Shown here: one piece after another, positions 19,201-28,200 of the stretch
Numbering within the stretch: the first letter of the stretch is position 1
How the letters are laid out: every line of letters starts with the position of its first letter
Notes under the pieces: model-generated
What the model saw: the letters and a program-made list of their open reading frames with translations, nothing else
What the model was told of the DNA's origin: nothing
Database searches by the model: none
Position numbers and translations under genes: made by a program
Origin: a virus
Direction: 5' to 3' (one strand)
Length of the DNA: 64,000 bases
IMG/VR virus record: IMGVR_UViG_3300042691_030776

Positions 19201-22200
19201 ATCTTCGTACGTTCTCGGGAATCATCAACGGCCAAAACAACACACGAGATCTTGGAAACCTTATTCCTTACGGTGATACCATCATACAAAACAGTGCGCC
19301 TGTGACCCTGACTGCGTTGTTCGCTAATAATACACAGTATGATTTTTTCCGAGCCCTGGAGTTTTCGGCAAGAGAATACGAAAAATATAAAAATCTTGTG
19401 ATGGATGCAGTGGTCAAAAACAACTTCCAAAATATGACCGCGGCCGAGATACTTGATGATTGTATGACCATCATCAACTTTGGTAAAAACGAACTGTCAC
19501 CATTTTATTTTACTGACACAGTTCCTTCGGGAGAAACCTTCCAAGAAACAAACTACACAGTGACACCTATCACCGGCAATACTTTTGACACACTGTATAG
19601 CTATAACTTTACCGAAGCAAACTATCGTGCAATCCTAGTTTATCTCAATGGTCGCCAACTCTTGGGCAATGGCATTGAGTACACAGTGGCTACAGATGGT
19701 CCACGAGTGACAATAGACGTTCCGTTACAACTTGGCGATGTTGTTACGCTAAAAGAATATACACTGACTGTTGGAAACTTTGTTCCTTCGACACCCAGCA
19801 AACTAGGATTATACCCTGCGTATGTTCCTGAAATGTTTATAGATGACACTTATGTTGATCCAACTCCGGTGATTAGAGGTCACGACGGATCAATCACAGT
19901 GGCTTACCAGGATATCCGCGATGAAGTATTACTTGAGTTTGAAAAGAGAATCTACAATAATCTTAAGTTAGTGGGCAACCCTGTTCCTTTGGTCTACGAA
20001 GATGTGTCACCAGGTGAGTTCCGTCGAACAGATTACACTCCAGAAGAAATCACGCAAATAATGAGTGTGAGCTTCTTGGCCTGGGTTGGTACAAATAAAC
20101 TTAACTATCGTGAACAAGAATACAACGCCAATAACCAGTTCACTTGGAACTATAGTTCATGCCAGAGCAAACTAAATGGTACAGAGTTGCTGGGCGCCTG
20201 GAGAGGTATCTACAACTATTTTTATGACACCGATGCTCCCAACACCAGACCATGGGAAATGCTGGGTATTTCGGAAAAACCCGCATGGTGGGAAGAACAG
20301 TATGGCCCTGCACCTTATACTTCAGGTAACTTGGTGCTGTGGGAAGATCTTGAAGCTGGTCGCGTGATGGATCCTGCAGGATCATATATCATTGAAAAAT
20401 ATATACGTCCTGGCTTGACACAAGTTATACCAAGTGATTCAGAAGGTGCCTTGTTGTCGCCATTTGAAGTTGTTGTGGGCGAGTATGCTCCCAACAGTTT
20501 CCGCAAGAGTTGGACAGTGGGCGATGATGGTCCTGTGGAAGCCTCTTGGCAAAAATCCAGTGCCTGGCCATTTGCAGTGATGCGCTTGCTGGCGTTGACC
20601 AAACCTGCACAGTTTTTTACATATTTTGAAGACCGAGATGTATATCGATTTGATCCCACTCTCGACGAGTTTGTGTATGCTGGAAGATCTCGCTCGAAGC
20701 AGTCAGTTGAGTTAGAAATATATGGTCAAGGCGCAGCCAAACACAGCTACGTAAACTTTATTGTTGATTACAACAAACTACAAGGCCGAGACAGCACTGC
20801 TGAGATCGCCGAGGCACTAAACTGGATTGATGTAAGATTGTGTTACCGTATGGCTGCTTTCTCTGACAAGCAGTACATCAAGATCTTTACTGAAAAATCT
20901 AGCCCCAACAGCTTGAATACAAGTCTTTTATTGCCAGACGAAAGTTATCAGATCCTGCTTTATAAAAATCCAACCATGGATTCTTTGGTATGGAGCTCTG
21001 TAGTGATACAAAAGACTGAGCTTGGTTATGCGGTTTATGGATATTCAACTACTAGACCATACTTTGAAATACTGACCAGTATTCCCAATGGCAACTATCG
21101 TACAATCACCGTGGCCGATAAATCAGTGAGAGTTCTCAACGATTACAGCAACACAGTGGTACAAATACCTTATGGGTACGAGTTTATTGGCATCAACTCT
21201 GTGGCAGACTTCTTGATGAGCTATGGTGCTTTCTTGACAAGACAAGGTATGACTTTTGAAGACCAAGATAGAGGTCGTATCTTGAACTGGAGCCAGATGG
21301 TCCAGGAGTTTATGTATTGGAGTCAGCAAGGCTGGGCTCCTGGCAGTCTGATTAATATCAATCCTGCGGCCAATGTATTGAATGTTGTCAAACCTGGGCT
21401 AGTGGCTGAACCACTGAGTACAGTTGCTCCCGAAGATATCCTGCTCAATCAAAACAAAGAACCTCTGCAGTCGCAAGACTACGTGGTAGAACGTTTTGAG
21501 AATGATCTTACTCTGCGCGGAATCAACAACAACACATTCAGCTATCTATCGGCCAAGTTTACAGAGTTTGAGCACATCATCATTATTGACAATACCAGTG
21601 TGTTCAATGATTTGATCTATGATCCAACCACGGGCGCAAGACAGAGCCGTTTGCTGTTCACAGGCTATACTACCTATGAATGGAACGGTAGTTTAGATGC
21701 CCAAGGCTTTATCCTTAACCAAGATAACATACAAGAATGGTCACCAAATAGAAGCTACACTAAAGGGCAGATCGTCAAGTACAAGGATGCCTACTGGTCA
21801 GCAGTAAAAATCATTCCTCCCAGTGAGAAGTTTGATTTTGAGTTTTGGCTCAAGAGTGATTATGCACAGATACAAAAAGGTCTGTTGCCCAATGCCGCTA
21901 CCAAAGCAGAACAAATACGTGGGTTCTATAACACTAACCAAGCTAACCTTGAACGCGATGCTGATCTTTTTGCATTTGGTCTGATCGGATTCCGACCACG
22001 TCGCTACATGCAGAACTTAAACTTGGATGACATCAGCCAAGTTAATCTTTACAGCCAGTTCCTGGGAGTCAAAGGTACCACACAGGCCACAGACATATTC
22101 ACCAAGGCTAATCTTGGTAAAGAAGTTGCTGAATATGAAATATTTGAAAACTGGGCAATACAAAGATCCATCTACGGTGCCAATGCCAATCGCAGTTACT

Positions 22201-25200
22201 ACGAGCTTAGACTCAACGAAGCCGATCTCTTGGGCAACCCGTCGACCATAGAAATCATAGAACCTCAACAGTTCAGTGAAGCTGATCAGACAGTGCTAGT
22301 GAGTGAGATTTGGAAACAGAGCTACCCAATAACCAACACAGACATACTGCCTACTACGTTCTTGAACGCAACAGATATACAATATCCCAGTGCTGGATAT
22401 GTCAACTGGGATGACGCTGATATCAAGTTGTTTAACTTCACTGATCTTGACGCGATTATCAACGACATTGAAAACATCTACGTTGGAACTAGCGTATGGG
22501 TAGCCAAAGATAATGCTTATGACTGGAATATCTATCGAAACAATCTTGTACTATATTCAGTTGCACAGGTACGAGACAACCTAAACGGAACTTGTACAAT
22601 ACAGTTTGCAGGACAGCACGGACTCAGTGCCAATCAAAAAATAGTGATCAAGTATTTTGGCCAAGGAGTGGATGGAGCATACACTGTGATATCTACTCCT
22701 AGTCTGACCACAATCACTGTGGCTCTTACATTGGGTGGTGCCGTGACTCAGATCACAGGCACCGGCATCTGTTTTGTACTTGAAACCATGCGTGTACGCC
22801 AGGCCGCAGATGTTTCTACCCTGATCTATGCCAATAGCTTGTTGCCTGGTAACCGTGCCTGGGTAGATGACGATGGCACCGGACACTGGGTAGTGTACGA
22901 AAAGATCAATCCATTCACAGCCACACCTGGAATAGTACCTTCAGAACCAGTGATCAGTTCAAGATTTGGCGCTGCCATATCTCAAGGTTTTGGTGGCCTG
23001 GCCGCATTGGTAGGCGCACCTGGATACAATGGGGATGTTGGTGCAGTTTACACATTCACTAAAGGTGGCACAGTTGATTATGTAGAGACTGGTGTGTTGA
23101 CCATGGGTGCGGCAAACTTTGTAAACTACGGTGCCGCTGTGGCATCTGGTGGCAACCAATGGGGTGCCATAGGCGCAGGCAACTCCTGGGCTAAACAAGG
23201 ATACGCAGCCACAGTTAATCGTAACACTAACTCAGGTGATTTTATCCAAAGTCAACTGCTGACCGAAGTTCCTTACCGACTTTATCAAGTCACCAGTACC
23301 GGATTGGCCACATATACTCCAACTGGGGTATCTCTTACCAACCCAGATACTGTCAGCATAGTTGTCAGTGACGTGGTCAAAGTCAGAGGTGTTGATTACA
23401 ACATCATTGGTTCGACTGTGGTATTCTTACCGGGCAAGATTCCTACTGCTGGCCTGCAAGTTAATATTTTCAACTACGATGAGTACGGCTATAGTGTTGC
23501 AATCAGCAACGACGAACGCTGGCTATATGTTGGTGCTCCTGCCGGCAATAGGGTCTATGCCTACAACCGAGTTGATGTGCAACAACAAGTCAAAAACTTT
23601 GTTGGCGATGGTGTAACTACGGATTTCTATGTGGCTGATGTGATCATCGTCGATGATGATTCTGCCGCAGGTGGTATTGGCGCTCAGCAGATTGGTGTGA
23701 CGGTCAACGATCTTCCAAAGACAGCAGGAGTCGATTATGACTATACCAACGGCACAGTGGTGTTTGCCGCACCGCCCAACGGCGATGACGAAATAAGAGT
23801 GATCCGCCTACAGAGCAAGACATTTTTCCCAACAACTCCTACAACAACATTCCCTATCGAAGACCTCTACACAGTCACAGATATCTATAGTTTCAGTGTG
23901 TATGTAAACAGTGTTCTACAGCGTCCAAACATGGATTACTCTTTTGATTCCATGACAAAAACCATTACATTTGTATTGGCAGGACAGACAGGAACAATAT
24001 TGGTCAACTCTGGAACTTATTGGCAGTATGTAGATTACATCGATGGCACTGCACTAGGAGCCATAGCAAGTTCAAGATTTGGACATTCTGTGTCTTCAAC
24101 CACTGATGGTCGCCAGATAGTGATTGGTGCTCCCAACGACACTGCCAACAGCAAACTTTTAGCAGGTAAAGTGTATGTGATTGATCGCAGTGTTGAACGG
24201 TTTACAGTGACTAGCACATCACAGACCGAATACTCTACACTACGAACCTTCAATGGAGCACCCAGTGTCAAGGTTAATGCAACATATTTGATACCCGATG
24301 GGTTCAACAACAATGGTCAGTTTACACAGGTTGATTCAGACACCGTAGACATCCAAGTGCCATTGAATGTTGGCGACGTCATAGAAATAGATACTAATAC
24401 TTTTGCATTGGTAGAGTCAGCCGCTTCCGAAGAACCAACCGCAGGGGCCAACTTTGGTAGTGTAGTTCAACAATGTCCGACCAACTGTAGTTTGTACATT
24501 GGTCAACCCAATGACTCACGTATAGTACCCGAAGGCGGCAGTGTTGAAAGATTTATCAATCAAGCAAGATTATATGGAAGCATTACCAGCGACAATCAAA
24601 ACCCAACACTGACACCAAGCACTACTTTGAATCCACAAACTGTGAGAATACAACAGGTTGACGTTGAAGTATCAACTCCTCAATCTTGGAATAGTGCCAT
24701 TGGCTGGCCCGCAGGAACGTTTGTGATCAGCGGCCTTGACATCTATCAAGCCATAAGAACAGTTCCAGCATCAATCAGTATCAATGATACCAGCTACTGG
24801 AAACCATCAAGTTGGGTAGAACTTTTTGCCAACGATATCAATCTGGCCGCAAAACCAAATAGCATTGGACTAGTTGAGGTACCCAATGTACAGGCCATAG
24901 CCAACAACGGATACTTGACACTGACCATTAGAAACTCTGATGCGGCTGTGCCATTTACTCAACTCACAGTATTGCCCGGCGCCGGCAGTGCATACTACGA
25001 TCTTGGATTCACTCCTCAGGTTTATGCACAAACTGTGGAAGCTCCAAATCAACTGGCTTATGCACACTTTGGCGCATCACTGAGTATCAGCGATGACAGT
25101 TTAACACTGGTGGTGGGATCACCACAAGGCACCGCAGCCAAACCAACTACCTTTGACAATGGTACTACATTCTTTGACAGCAAGTCTACAAACTTCTTTG

Positions 25201-28200
25201 ACCTACTGCCAGAAAGTGGTGTTGCCTACACTTATGATTTGTTGAGCGCAGCCAACGCCAGCGTAACCAATCCTAGCAAGTTTGTGTTTGGTGCCCAGAT
25301 CTATGATCAAGATGTAAACTCTCTCGATAACTTTGGTACAGCAGTTAGTTACTTCAATGGTATATTATTGATTGGTAGTCCACAGGATGACCTTGGCGAT
25401 TCAGTAGGAGACTATGGTAGAATATCACAGTTGAACAATCCTACACGTTTGGCCGCCTGGGATGTGATCTACAGACAAAAACCGATTGTGGATGTCAAGT
25501 TAATCAACTCAGTGTACATGTATGATAGGTTAGAAAGCAAAGTCACACAGTTCTTTGATTTTATTGACCCATTGCAAGGCAAGATCTTGGGTGTGGCCAG
25601 ACAGAACATTGATTACATTGGTGCTGTAGACCCTGCGGCATACAATGTTGGAACGGTCAATAACTATGGCGACACATGGAATGATTCGCACCTTGGCGAA
25701 ATATGGTGGGATCTTTCTACAGTGCGTTTCATTGACTATCATCAGTCGACCATTGCCTACGAAAGCCAGCGTTGGAGCCAAGTGTTCCCGGGCAGTAGAG
25801 TGGATGTGTATCAATGGATAGAAAGTCCTGTTCCGCCTGCTGAATACAGCGGCCCGGGTACTGTGTTTAGCACAACCAGTTTTGTTGTAGGAAGCAAGCT
25901 CAACAATGATGGCTTGTTTACGTCTAGATATTTCTTCTGGGTCCGCGGAATACCAGAAGTCGCATCACGGATTGGTAAAACTCTAAGTACACAGGCTATC
26001 TCGCAATACATCGAAAATCCACGCAGTTCAGGCATACCTTATGTTGCATTCCTTGGGCCCAGCACCACAGCTATCTATAACGGAAGACCATATATCATTG
26101 CACAGGATACTATATTCCATGTTGAGTTTGATAAGATCGCCAACGATGACAATGTCCACTCAGAATACGATCTCATAGCGTCGAACAATCCCAACAGTTT
26201 CCTTGTGCCTGGATTGTTCCGTAAGATGCTGGACAGTTTCTGCGGTGAAGATACCTTGGGCAACAAAGTACCTGACCCAACACTGAGTCCTGCTGATCGG
26301 TATGGTGTGCAGTTCCGACCACGTCAGAGTTTCTTTGTTGATCGATTCTTGGCGTTGCAAAACTATCTTGAACGTGCCAATGCAATAATGGCGCAGTTCT
26401 CAGTGAGCGACAGCCGTCCATTCAATCTACTTAACAGTTCAGAACCCGAGCCAACTTCTGCATCAGGAGAATGGAACAAGCGTGTGCTGGATTATCAAGA
26501 ACTCACATTCCAGGACTTGTCTGAAGTTCCTCCGGGTTACAAATACTTGGTTGCTTTGGATGCAACCAATGATGGCTTATGGACCATCTATACAGTGGTA
26601 CTCAGCCTTGACGGCATAAGAAAAGAGTTGTTGTTGAGTCGGGTACAAAACTACGACACACGACTCTATTGGGAGTATATCAACTGGGTCAAGCCTGGCT
26701 ACAATGCCAGCGTCAAACCAGTGGCTGAAGTGACTACATTCAGCGAGCTAAGTCGATTGACCTTGCCTGAAGGTTCCAGTGCTCTTGTCAGACGCAATAG
26801 CTTTGGTAAGTTTGAGATATATCAGTACCTCAACGGTGTTTGGGAACGTGTGGTGTTAGAAGATGGCACTGTCAGAATCAAAGAAGAAGTCTGGAACTAC
26901 GAACTTGGGCGTTTTGGTTTTGATGTTGAAACTTTCGACAGTCAACGTTTTGATCAATACCCTGCCATTGAAACACGACAAATAATCCGCGCCATCAACG
27001 AAGAAATCCTAGTTGATGAGTGGGCTATCTTCCGCAATGAACTGTTGCTGTTGACATTCGACTTTATATTAACCGAACAGTTGGCACCAGACTGGTTGTT
27101 CAAGACTTCGTTGATCGACGTCAATCACAAAATCCGAGATCTGTTACCGTATCAGATCTTCCGTACAGATAATCAGGACTTTGTGCTGGATTATATCAAA
27201 GAAGTCAAGCCATACCATGTCAAGATCAAAGAGTTCAACCTGCGTTATGACGGGTTTGATTCCTATGATGGTAACATCACAGACTTTGATTGCCCAGCAT
27301 ATTATGATTCGGCCCTGCAAGAGTTTGAGGCTCCTGCACTAGATGATTCAGAACCTCCAAAGTATTCAAATAGTGTACCAAGTACCGCGGCAATCTGGGG
27401 TGAAATACCATGGCAACAATGGTTTGAAAACTATAAACTCCTGCTCACTGGTGCCACGATCATTGAAGCCGGCACAGGATATACCGTACCTCCTGTGGTA
27501 GTAGTGACAGGTGATGCGGCACGTGAAGCTAGGCTAGTAGCAAGAGTAAACACAGCTGGTCAAGTGGTTGAACTCATAGTGTTAGATCCTGGATCAGGAT
27601 ACACTACCACACCAATCATTACCATTGAAGGTGGCAATGGAGTGGGTGCCAGAGCAGTGGCTGTGCTGGAAAGCCAACTGGTAAGAACCATTACCACCAC
27701 GCTCAAGTACGATCGTTACAACTATACCAGTCAGGTAGTAGATTGGCAACCAAACACCAAGTACACTGAGGGACAGTTGGTGCGATTCCGTGATCAAGTC
27801 TACAGTGTCAATGAAGTCGATGACAGCGTAGAGCTTGACAGCGGTCCAATATTCAATCCCGCGCAGTATACTCTAGTAGATTCTGCAACGTTAGATGCGG
27901 CTGATCGTGTGATTGGTCTTTACACACCAACACCCAACGAACCAGGCAGAGAACTAGCGCAGGTCATGGTTGGCATCGACTATCCAGGCGTGCAGGTCAT
28001 GGGACCCAACTTTAATCAGAACACTGGTTATGATGTTGGTAACTTTGATGTTAACCCATATGACAACATTGACTACGGTCCAGAAGGCCGTCCAACCTAT
28101 TCTGAGAGCATACTGGATGCCATCTACGAAAGTTCGTTCACAGATACCTATCTAGGAACCAGAATCACAGACATCAATGTTGACGGTGGCGCATTTATTG